Below, in pieces: positions 8,113 to 16,429 of a DNA stretch of 64,000 nucleotides (positions within the stretch are counted from its first letter, which is position 1; each line of letters starts with the position of its first letter). A program made the position numbers and the translations under genes. Where the stretch lies: the NCBI GenBank assembly GCA_963768855.1, contig CAVYJM010000006.1:928001-992000 (forward strand), written 5' to 3'. The notes beneath the pieces were generated by a model that did no database searches, was not told where the DNA came from, and saw only the letters and a list, made by a program, of their open reading frames with translations. This DNA comes from an uncultured Thermoplasmata archaeon. Its GTDB lineage: Archaea > Thermoplasmatota > Thermoplasmata > RBG-16-68-12.

Positions 8113-9866
8113 GGTTGCTCCCCCGCGATCGCTTCGAGACGACGACGGATGGATTCGACCTGACCCTGGATCCGCTGTTTCTCTTGGGGCACGTCCACGA
8201 TTTCCGCCATGGCCACGAGATCGACCGCCGCGCGGTCCGCGAGTCGGGCAACGTCCCCGGGCCGCAGATCCTCCGGTCTCTTCCCCAGCTTTGACAGTTC
8301 GGACCGGAGGACGCCTTCGCCCGCCTCGCCGAGCTGTTCGACGAAGATGGAGCGGGCGCGCTCGAAGAGGGATTCCCGTTCGCTCAGGTCGCTCGCCACG
8401 GCGAAGAGCTCGTCCATCTCCTTGCCCTTCCAGTAGTCCGCCGCGGTCACCAGGATGCCCCGGTCCGCCTCGGATGCGCGGCGGGAGGGCCAGTCGCCCT
8501 CCGCGAGGTCTTGCGGGCTGCGCTCGGCGAACGCCTGCAGCGCGGCGCTGGCCGCGGTCGCCTGGACGCGGAGGCCCGAGCGGGCCGCATCGTCCGCGGC
8601 GGGGTCCCCGAGTTCGCGGACAGCTCGATCCAGAAAGCGCAGGAACGGGTCCGTGTCGCTGAGGGTGAGGTCCTCCCGGCGGAGGGAACGGGAACGGCAG
8701 AACGCCTCGAGGAGCTGACGGGCGCCCGGACCAAAGGACTGCGCGAGGACGGCCTCCATCTCCTCGGACGGGTCGGGCAGGGTCCACCAGGCCAATCGGT
8801 GCCCCTTCAGGTCCTCTTTCTCCCGGGTCGTCAGGCGGGATGCGGACACCGCGAGGCTGCACCGGGTGTCCCGGCACACGCTCCGGAGCCGCAGGAGGAT
8901 TGCCTGGGTCCGCGGCCACCCCGACATCATCGCGATGTCGGCCGTGTCGACGAGGACCGCGAGGCCGCCCGACGATCGGGTCCCGAATTCCGCGACCGTG
9001 CCGAGGGTGCGGGGAGCAGCGTGGGGGGTCGAAGAGATCGTGGCGAGCCCCGGGGGCGGATCCAGTGCCGTGATGGCAGGGCTTCCCCGGCCCACGACGA
9101 GCGTGGCCTGGCCGCGCCGGGCGGCCAGTCCCGCCAGGTGGAGCGCGTACTTGGGACGCGCCTCGTCCAGAACGACGGTGAGGCCCGGTTCGATTTCTCC
9201 CTGAACGGTCGGCCCCCGGCTCCGCCGCGGCCGCATTCCCGGGAACGGTTCGGAGTGGAACAGGACGTAGGCGAACAGGGCCACCGCTACCGGCGCCGCG
9301 ACGTTCGACCCCGCGGACTGGAGGATGCCGAGATCCTGGAACTCGAGGGCGTAGATCGGACCTCCGATGATGAGGGCGGCGACAGCGAACGCGAGCCAGA
9401 ACGAGTCGGCCGCGAACAGGGGGCTCACCATCCTCTCGTAGACGGGCTCCGCGAGGGCGACGCCCAGGCAGACGATCAGGAACGCGCCCAGGAGGTTCGG
9501 CTCATAGGCGTGCGCGACGGCCCAGTCCGCGCTCGGGGTGAGCACGACGACGATCGGGACGAGGGCCAGGAGTGCGAACACGGCGGGCCGGCGGCGCGGC
9601 ACGGTCTCTCCGTGGATTAGGGTGAGGACCAAGATCGCCGTGAGGGGATGGGCGAGGACCAGGGTCCACAGGACCGCCCCCTCCCACGCCGGCGCGAGGA
9701 AGCCTTCCGAGGTCCCGATGAAGGCCGCGCCGTTCACGATGAGCGTGAGGACGAGGGCCGCGAACGTGGCCTGCAGCCACGGGCGTCTCCCCCGGACGAC
9801 GACGAGCGCTAAGAGCCAGGCCTCCACCGCGAGGCCCGCGCCGACGGCGAGGCTGTATGCGATCAC
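8109..9866 (-). CDS. 7TM membrane sensor fused to a DUF835-like domain and a duplicated helical C-terminal module
   Basis: Seven hydrophobic helices, then LTVVLDEARPKYAL...AVLVDTADIAMMSGW (degenerate RecA-fold, DUF835-like); GTG start overlaps the upstream stop (GTGA). Confidence 0.7.
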   Translation of the reverse strand: MIAYSLAVGAGLAVEAWLLALVVVRGRRPWLQATFAALVLTLIVNGAAFIGTSEGFLAPAWEGAVLWTLVLAHPLTAILVLTLIHGETVPRRRPAVFALLALVPIVVVLTPSADWAVAHAYEPNLLGAFLIVCLGVALAEPVYERMVSPLFAADSFWLAFAVAALIIGGPIYALEFQDLGILQSAGSNVAAPVAVALFAYVLFHSEPFPGMRPRRSRGPTVQGEIEPGLTVVLDEARPKYALHLAGLAARRGQATLVVGRGSPAITALDPPPGLATISSTPHAAPRTLGTVAEFGTRSSGGLAVLVDTADIAMMSGWPRTQAILLRLRSVCRDTRCSLAVSASRLTTREKEDLKGHRLAWWTLPDPSEEMEAVLAQSFGPGARQLLEAFCRSRSLRREDLTLSDTDPFLRFLDRAVRELGDPAADDAARSGLRVQATAASAALQAFAERSPQDLAEGDWPSRRASEADRGILVTAADYWKGKEMDELFAVASDLSERESLFERARSIFVEQLGEAGEGVLRSELSKLGKRPEDLRPGDVARLADRAAVDLVAMAEIVDVPQEKQRIQGQVESIRRRLEAIAGEQP

Positions 9867-10393
9867 GCCGCGCCTCCTAGCGGGCGGACCTTGAGCACCG
9901 CAACGAGGTCCCGGGGCCGCCACTTCCAGCGGGCGCTCCCCGACTCCCGCATCTCCGGAGCCGAGTGGAACCCGGCCTTGCGGGCCTCCTCGTCCGTCAC
10001 GTCCGCGAGGAGCTTGCGCGTGCCGTCGACCACGAGCAGTCGGCCGAACGGCCGGCCCGTGTCGTACTTCGCCCAGACCACCTGGCCCACGAGGGGCAGC
10101 GAGACGTCGCCAATCGGGCGGATCATGAGCTCCGCGCCGCCCCGGAGGAGCCGGTCCCCTTCATCGAGGGTGAACGCCAGCTCCCCGTGAGGCCGCCGGC
10201 GGGGCAGCTCCCCGGACAGCGCGGCGCGGAACCCGAGGATCACGAGGAACGTGACGAGCCCGCCGAGCAGGAGGAGGTTCGTGAAGCCGATCTGGTAGAA
10301 GTTGCGGTGCTCCCAGAACCCGAAGACGAGGACGACGGAGAGGAGGAAGAGCAGGCCGGCGCGGGCGAGCAGGGTCACGAACCGTCGGGGCAT
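9863..10393 (-). CDS. Membrane-anchored ASCH/PUA-like domain protein
   Basis: Two N-terminal TM helices, then ...VVWAKYDTGRPFGRLLVV...LADVTDEEARKAGF, resembling ASCH. Confidence 0.6.
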   Translation of the reverse strand: MPRRFVTLLARAGLLFLLSVVLVFGFWEHRNFYQIGFTNLLLLGGLVTFLVILGFRAALSGELPRRRPHGELAFTLDEGDRLLRGGAELMIRPIGDVSLPLVGQVVWAKYDTGRPFGRLLVVDGTRKLLADVTDEEARKAGFHSAPEMRESGSARWKWRPRDLVAVLKVRPLGGAA

Positions 10394-10396
10394 GGC

Positions 10397-11140
10397 TCAC
10401 CCGATCGCTCGAGCGACCTCGAACCGGCCGTTCTCGAAGAGGAGCGTGTGGTCCTCGCTGTCCTGGTTCACGCTCCGCATCTTCGTGCACTGGATCCGGC
10501 GCTGGAACGACGTCTCCGTGACCGGGGCCATGCGCAGCCGCAAGATGCCGTCCGCGAGGAACTCCTCCTCGAGGACGTTCCCGCCCGCGCCGAGCCCCGG
10601 CTCCTCGGAGACGAGGAGGCTCGTGACCCCGAGGTCCCGGAGCCACTCGAAGAAGGCGAACGTCTCCGTCCGGCGGTCCTTGAACTCGAGGACGAGTTCG
10701 AGCGCGTCCCAGGAGTCGATCGCGAGGAGGCGGAAATCCTGGCGGCGCCGCAGATCGAGGATCTTCCCCTGGAGGACCGTGAGGAGGGCCTCGCCCTGCC
10801 GCAGGTCCGGACCCGCCATCTCGCCGACCTTCGCCGCCATTTCCTCGAGGTACTCGCGGCCGCGGCTCAGGTCGAGGATCGGCAGAGAATCGGAAACCTG
10901 CGTCGCGCGCAGTCCGAGCCCCGCGACGTGCTCGAGGAGGCTCGCGGCGCTCTGCTCCAGGGTCACGTAGAGCCCGGGCGTCCCCTGGAGGGCGTTGTGG
11001 TACAGGATGTAGTAGGCGAGGGAGGACTTCATCGTCCCGCTCGCGCCCCGCAGGAGGAGCACGTGCCCCTCGGGCACGCCGCCCCGGAGGACCTCCTCGT
11101 CGAAGCCTCGGATGAACGTCTTCACGGGGGTGCGGGCCAT
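10397..11140 (-). CDS. KaiC/RAD55-like ATPase, single domain
   Basis: KTFIRGFDE, GASGTMKSS, LAIDSWDALE, EEFLADGI, KMRS. Confidence 0.9.
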   Translation of the reverse strand: MARTPVKTFIRGFDEEVLRGGVPEGHVLLLRGASGTMKSSLAYYILYHNALQGTPGLYVTLEQSAASLLEHVAGLGLRATQVSDSLPILDLSRGREYLEEMAAKVGEMAGPDLRQGEALLTVLQGKILDLRRRQDFRLLAIDSWDALELVLEFKDRRTETFAFFEWLRDLGVTSLLVSEEPGLGAGGNVLEEEFLADGILRLRMAPVTETSFQRRIQCTKMRSVNQDSEDHTLLFENGRFEVARAIG

Positions 11141-11148
11141 CGGACACC

Positions 11149-12858
11149 TCACGGGCTCATCGCGCGGGTCACCTTGAACCGCCCCTCGTCCAGGACCAGG
11201 GCCATGTAGCCCGTCTCATGCTTCGTGCCGCGCATCTTGACGACGCGCAGCCGGCGCTGTAGCTCCACATCGGAGACGAGGTGCTGCCGCAGATGGAGGA
11301 CGCCGTCCGCGAGGAAGTCCTCGTCCCAGCGGCCTTGCATCACGTGGCCCCCGATGACCCAGTCGGGCCGCTCCGTGACCACGAAGCTCGTGACGTCCAG
11401 GTCCCGGAGCCACTCGAACAGACGGAAGATCTCGCGGCGGCGGTCCTTGAACTTCGCCAAGACCTCGAGCGCCTCGAGGGAATCGATCACGACGAGGTCG
11501 AGCCCGCGCTGGGCCTTGACCGCCTGGAGGGCGTGCTGGAACGTCTCGACCCAGTCCTTCCGTTCCTCGAGCAGCCCCTTCGCCGCGCGGGGATCCATGA
11601 CGACGAGGGATCCGCTGGTGACGTGGAGGGGCAGGCCGATGGAGCCCATCTGCTTCAGCAGGCTCGACGTCCGCTCCTCGAAGCTCAGGTAGAGGCAGTG
11701 CAGGCCCGCGTGCGCGGCGTTCTGCGCGAGCACGGAGAAGCTCAACGAGGACTTCATCGTCCCCGGCGCCCCGGAGACGAGCACGATGTGGCCCCAGGGG
11801 ATGCCGCCGCCGAGGGTCTCGTCGAGCCCGTCGACAAACGTGCGGACCCGGGCCGGGTGGGCCTTCGTCTCCTCCGCCGGTTTCGGTGGAGGCGGAGCGG
11901 GCGGGGCGGACAGGTCGGCGAAGTCGGGGAAGTCCTCGTCCTCGGGAGGGGCCACGGTCGCGGGAGGAGTCACCGGCGCCACGGGCTCCGGCTCGGGTTC
12001 CGCCTCGGCGGGTTCCGGGGCCGCTTCCGGGGCGCGCGTGGCGAGCTTCTCGTACCGCACGCGGGCCGTCCGGTGGTCGGGCCGGAGCTCCAGGGCTTTC
12101 TGGAAGCTCTTCGTGGCGTCGACCGGACGGTCGAGGGCCTCGAGGACGATGCCTCGTTCGGACCAGGCCTCCGTCAGCGCGGGGTTCGCCTGGACCGTGC
12201 GGTCGAGCACCTCGAGCGCGCCCGGCAGGTCCTCCATGGACCGGAGCGTGCGGGCGAGCCCGAGCCATGCGCTGTCGTTCGGCGGATCGAGCTCGATGGC
12301 GCGGAGATAACCGACAGCGGCCTTGTAGGGCCTCTCGAGGCGCAGGTACGCCTCCCCCAGGAGGGTCCACGAGCGGGGATCGCCGTCCTCCTTCGCGATG
12401 GCCTTGAGGAGATGCTCGATGGCAGCGTCGAAGTGACGCTCGCGGAACGCTTGGGTCGCCGCCTCGAGCTGCCGCGTCACGGCCTGCTTGGCCTCGTTGC
12501 TCGGGGCCTTCCGGGGGCGATCGCTCGTGTAGGGTTTGAATCGCTGGCCCGAGGCGGATGCGCGCTGGGCAATCCGATCCTTGAGTGCAGCGACGGGATC
12601 GCTTCGAGCCGGGGTACCGGGGGCAGGGAGAGCCGCGGCCTCCTCGGGCCGCGGCTCCGGCGGTACCGTCTGTGCGCGGCGGGGCCTCTTGACAACCGCG
12701 CTGTAGACCTCGCTGCCCATGACACGCTGCAGGTGGACGGGCTGTTCCGGAGGAGGTGAAGCCGTCTCGGCCGGGAGCTCGTGGCCGCAGATCCGGCAGC
12801 GGGCCTGGCCCGGTTCGTTCGTCGAGTAGCAGGCAGGGCACCGCACGGTTGGCGTCAT
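11149..12858 (-). CDS. Zn-ribbon + TPR + KaiC/RAD55-like ATPase fusion
   Basis: CPAC...CRIC, about four TPR-like repeats (WTLLGEAYL, AWLGLAR, AWSERG), Pro-rich linkers, GAPGTMKSS, VIDS, KMRGTKH. Confidence 0.88.
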   Translation of the reverse strand: MTPTVRCPACYSTNEPGQARCRICGHELPAETASPPPEQPVHLQRVMGSEVYSAVVKRPRRAQTVPPEPRPEEAAALPAPGTPARSDPVAALKDRIAQRASASGQRFKPYTSDRPRKAPSNEAKQAVTRQLEAATQAFRERHFDAAIEHLLKAIAKEDGDPRSWTLLGEAYLRLERPYKAAVGYLRAIELDPPNDSAWLGLARTLRSMEDLPGALEVLDRTVQANPALTEAWSERGIVLEALDRPVDATKSFQKALELRPDHRTARVRYEKLATRAPEAAPEPAEAEPEPEPVAPVTPPATVAPPEDEDFPDFADLSAPPAPPPPKPAEETKAHPARVRTFVDGLDETLGGGIPWGHIVLVSGAPGTMKSSLSFSVLAQNAAHAGLHCLYLSFEERTSSLLKQMGSIGLPLHVTSGSLVVMDPRAAKGLLEERKDWVETFQHALQAVKAQRGLDLVVIDSLEALEVLAKFKDRRREIFRLFEWLRDLDVTSFVVTERPDWVIGGHVMQGRWDEDFLADGVLHLRQHLVSDVELQRRLRVVKMRGTKHETGYMALVLDEGRFKVTRAMSP

Positions 12859-13580
12859 GGGCTGATCACCGAGGTGACCTGGAACCGTCCGTCCTCGAAC
12901 ACGAGGGCGTGGAACCCAGTCTTGTGGTTCGAGCCGCGCATCTTCACGACCTGCATGCGCCGCTGGATTTCGACGTCCGTAATGGGATGCATCTTGAGCT
13001 CGATGATGCCGTCCGCGAGGAACGTCTCGTCCTTCCGGGGCGGGGCGGACTCGAGCCCGAAGAAGCTGGCCTCGGGGGACGCCTCCGTCAGGACGAGCGT
13101 CGTGGCGCCGAAGTCCCGTAGCCACTCGAAGAAGTGGAACAGCTCGGTCCGGCGGTCCTCGAACTTCGCGAGAACCTCGAGCGCCTCTAGGGAGTCGAGG
13201 ACGACGAGGTCGACGCCATCGATCTCCTTCGTCGTCGTCAGGCTCCGCCGCAGGAACTCAATCCAGGGCTTCGTCGCGCTCTTGCCGATCTCCTTCTGGA
13301 TCGTGCCCACGTCGAGGAGATGCAAGTCCCCACGCACGGCCTCCGTGTTGAAGCCCATCGAGTCCATCTGTGCGAGGAGGCTGCGACGCGTCTGCTCTAG
13401 GGTGACGTACAGCCCCTTCGCACCTCGCTTCTCCACGTTGTTCTGGAGGATCGCATAGCTCAGCGTCGATTTCATCGTGCCCGGAAGCCCGGAGACGAGG
13501 ATGACGTGGCCTGCGGGCAGGCCGCCGCCGAGCGCCTCGTCCAAGCCATCCACGAACGTCGGGATCTTCTTGATTTCCAT
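12855..13580 (-). CDS. KaiC/RAD55-like ATPase, single domain
   Basis: KIPTFVDGLDE, GLPGTMKST, VVLDSLEALE, DETFLADGI, KMRGSNH. Confidence 0.9.
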   Translation of the reverse strand: MEIKKIPTFVDGLDEALGGGLPAGHVILVSGLPGTMKSTLSYAILQNNVEKRGAKGLYVTLEQTRRSLLAQMDSMGFNTEAVRGDLHLLDVGTIQKEIGKSATKPWIEFLRRSLTTTKEIDGVDLVVLDSLEALEVLAKFEDRRTELFHFFEWLRDFGATTLVLTEASPEASFFGLESAPPRKDETFLADGIIELKMHPITDVEIQRRMQVVKMRGSNHKTGFHALVFEDGRFQVTSVISP

Positions 13581-13611
13581 GTTCACACGTCTCCTGGGGT
13601 CCAACCTTGTG

Positions 13612-13995
13612 TCATGCCATAGCCTCCTGGTGGAGGATCACGTCCACCAGCCGGGCGGTTTTTTCCATGGCCATCAGCACGAGCCCGAGGTTTGCGTCTT
13701 TGTAGACTAAGGCGACGAGGAGGGCCTCCTCCCCCGCGCCGAGGCTCAGGAGCTTGCCCTCATCCGACTCGATGATGGCGCGCTCGAAGTGGCCCTGGGA
13801 GAGTTGGATCGTGGCCATCTCCGAAGTGCCGACGATCGCGGCCGTCATCGCGGCTACGATCCTCGGGTCCACGCCGTCCGGGAGCGTGTGGGTGATCACG
13901 AGCCCGTCCCTCCGCACGACCGCGGCGGCCTTGATGTCCGTGACGTGCGCGAGGTCGTCCATCGCGGCCTCGAGACGCTGCCACACGTCGGTCAC
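13612..13995 (-). CDS. Roadblock/LC7 (MglB-like) protein
   Basis: AAAVVRRDGLVI...VAAMTAAIVG...GEEALL...ANLGLV. Confidence 0.92.
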   Translation of the reverse strand: MTDVWQRLEAAMDDLAHVTDIKAAAVVRRDGLVITHTLPDGVDPRIVAAMTAAIVGTSEMATIQLSQGHFERAIIESDEGKLLSLGAGEEALLVALVYKDANLGLVLMAMEKTARLVDVILHQEAMA

Positions 13996-14387
13996 GTCCC
14001 GACCTCCTGCGCGGCCGTTTCCATGAGGTCGGCGATCGACTGGACGGCCTTGCCCACGCTGAGGAGGACGAGGCCCATGTTGGCGTCCGTCCGGACCATC
14101 GTGATGAGGATGCCTTCCTCGCCTGCGCCCGTGGCGAGCATCTTGACCTTCTCGCTGTCCACAATCGACTGGAAGAACGGGCCGAACCCCATCTCCCCGG
14201 CAGCCATCTCCGAGGTGCCGACGATTGCGGCGGCCATGGCGGCGATCCGCTTCGGGTCCATGCTCTTCGGGAGGAGGTGGGCGATCAGCAAGCCGTCGCG
14301 CCGCGCCAAGGCGACGGCGACGACGTCCGGGATGCGGCGGAGCTCCTGGAGGACGCCGATGAGGCGGGCGTGGAGCGAGTCGACCAT
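13992..14387 (-). CDS. Roadblock/LC7 (MglB-like) protein
   Basis: VALARRDGLLI...IAAMAAAIVG...GEEGIL...ANMGLV; paralog of the adjacent gene. Confidence 0.92.
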   Translation of the reverse strand: MVDSLHARLIGVLQELRRIPDVVAVALARRDGLLIAHLLPKSMDPKRIAAMAAAIVGTSEMAAGEMGFGPFFQSIVDSEKVKMLATGAGEEGILITMVRTDANMGLVLLSVGKAVQSIADLMETAAQEVGT

Positions 14388-14388
14388 C

Positions 14389-15564
14389 TCACCTCACCCC
14401 GATGATCATCTCGGCGAGGATCAGGAGCGCGTCGCGCACGCCCGAGTTCGCCGTCGCCACGGTGGCCAAGATGGGCGTCTCGTCGGGCAGCTCCATCTTC
14501 CGTGCAATCACGTCCGGCTTCAGGGCGCCCGGGAGGTCCGACTTGTTGGCCAAGACAACGTAAGGGATCCGTGGCCCGATCAGCTCGAGCATGTACTTCG
14601 CGCGCTCGAAGTCCTCCGGCCGAGTCGCATCGACCACGAGCAGGACGCCGCTGACCTCCCGCGCGAAGATCCGGAAGATGAACTCAAAGCGTTCCTGGCC
14701 GGGCGTACCGAAGACCTCGGCCTCGATGCCCGTGATGTTCACGCTGCCGTAGTCGAAGGCGACGGTTGTCCCCATGCGGTCGATGCTGATCGACTTCTCG
14801 CAGAGGACCCTGACCACCGTCGACTTGCCCGCATTGAAAGGACCCGTGACGAGGATCCGCGGGAAGTACACCGTCACACCGACGAGATCCTTGAAGGTGT
14901 ATGGAATCCAATTCGTGCGGATCCCGTCTTCCTGCATCTGCGAGATGCGCATCGAGTTGCGGAGGATTCCTCCGCGCATGGAGGACTGGAACTCGATGAT
15001 GAAGTCCGACATCGCGCGGATCGTGCCGAGGTCGCGCTCGTGGTAGGTCCAGTTGATGAAGAGGAAGCAGGTGACGCTGTGGGCGGCTTCCGAGGCCTCG
15101 ATGATCCGTCGCCACTCCGAGAGCACCGCTTCCTTGGGGAATCGGTCCGAGAGGAACTCCATGGAGTCGATGACGATCCGGGCGGGCCGCTCCGCCTCGA
15201 TGGCGTCGACGATGACATCCGTGATGCCGATTAGGCTGCCGATGTCCTTGACGCTGTACTTCTCCATGCTCGGGACGAGGAGCTGGCTTGAGATCGCGTC
15301 GACGATGACGAGGTTCTCCTGCGAGAACTTGCCGAAGCGGCCGAGCTCCGCGCGAGCGAGGCTCGGCGCCCGGAAGAAGTCCACATACAGGGTCGTCTCG
15401 CCCGTCTTGGCGCCCTCGACCGCGAAGTTCTCCGCGAAGAGCCGCTTCTCCGTCGGCTTGTCACTGAACAGGAGGAGCGTGGATGGCCGAGGGAATCCGC
15501 CATTGAGTCGCTCGTCGAGGATCTGGATCCCGGTCTTGACCCGAGTCGTGTCGGGATCGCCCAT
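14389..15564 (-). CDS. Degenerate KaiC-like domain fused to an MglA-like small GTPase
   Basis: N-terminal KTGIQILDERLNGGFP with Walker A lost (SDKPTEK); C-terminal GPFNAGKST, TTVAFDYG, FGTPGQERF, NKSD. Confidence 0.88.
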   Translation of the reverse strand: MGDPDTTRVKTGIQILDERLNGGFPRPSTLLLFSDKPTEKRLFAENFAVEGAKTGETTLYVDFFRAPSLARAELGRFGKFSQENLVIVDAISSQLLVPSMEKYSVKDIGSLIGITDVIVDAIEAERPARIVIDSMEFLSDRFPKEAVLSEWRRIIEASEAAHSVTCFLFINWTYHERDLGTIRAMSDFIIEFQSSMRGGILRNSMRISQMQEDGIRTNWIPYTFKDLVGVTVYFPRILVTGPFNAGKSTVVRVLCEKSISIDRMGTTVAFDYGSVNITGIEAEVFGTPGQERFEFIFRIFAREVSGVLLVVDATRPEDFERAKYMLELIGPRIPYVVLANKSDLPGALKPDVIARKMELPDETPILATVATANSGVRDALLILAEMIIGVR

Positions 15565-16229
15565 CAGAGGCCTCCCGTGACCACCGGCATCTGGACGAAC
15601 GGGTGCCAGGTGCTGTCGACCTGGAATCCCCTCATGTGGTGCACGCGCACCTCGTGGTCCATTGTGTCGGTGAAGCGCATCTCCACGACGCCGTCGACGA
15701 GGGACCGCAGGAGGTTCATCGTCATCTGCTCGTGGACGCCTTCGTGGACGGCGTACATGATGAAGCCCATGTTCATCTTCGCGCGGCTCGTGACGATCTG
15801 GAAGAACTTGGCAATCGCTTGCGTGGAGTTGTGAAGGAACAGGGTCGAGATCGTGTAGAAGTAGATCCGGACGGGCGTCCCGAGCTCCTGGGCCGCCTTG
15901 CTCATCGCCATCCCGATGCCCTCGAGGTTGCTGAAGCTCGACACGAGGAACGTCTTCTTGCCGGCGGGAACCTCGGGCCGCTCCGAGGCGGTCGCGCTGT
16001 AGCAGTCGACGAAGGCGAAGCTCCGGCCCTCGTACTGGTCCAGGTCGAGCTTGAGGGCCTTGGCCCGCGCGCGGATCTCGGACGGGTGGAGGTCGAGCGT
16101 CACGAAGACGACGCGCTCGCCCGCCCGCAGCGCCTCCCGCACCTGGGCGATCATGTACTCGAACTTGCCCACGCCGGGCGGGCCGCCGAGTAGGATCGCG
16201 TAGTTCGTCGGGAACCGCGGGTCACCCAT
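15564..16229 (-). CDS. KaiC/RAD55-like protein with degenerate Walker motifs
   Basis: GPPGVGKF, FVTLD, FVDCYS, SNLEGI, YFYTISTL, LVDGVVEM, HHMRG. Confidence 0.8.
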   Translation of the reverse strand: MGDPRFPTNYAILLGGPPGVGKFEYMIAQVREALRAGERVVFVTLDLHPSEIRARAKALKLDLDQYEGRSFAFVDCYSATASERPEVPAGKKTFLVSSFSNLEGIGMAMSKAAQELGTPVRIYFYTISTLFLHNSTQAIAKFFQIVTSRAKMNMGFIMYAVHEGVHEQMTMNLLRSLVDGVVEMRFTDTMDHEVRVHHMRGFQVDSTWHPFVQMPVVTGGL

Positions 16230-16429
16230 GGCCGAGCCCCCTGCGGGCTCGCGCTCGTAGCCGACGGCGAGAGACCTGGTTCACTGTCCGTCTCGATGCC
16301 CCGATTTCGCTTATAAGGGCCGTGCCGTAGTTCTCACCCTTGAGAGTGGCACGGGCCCCGACCCCGCCGACTCGGGGGGATGCAGGGAGGATTGAAGAGC
16401 GGGAAAGGGATTAGGCACCTGGAGGAGAG

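Noticed and set aside
7405-16229. Reading the KaiC cluster as a circadian clock
   Set aside because: All domains are single-domain KaiC-like, there is no KaiA or KaiB, and the Ser-Thr phosphorylation pair is not conserved.
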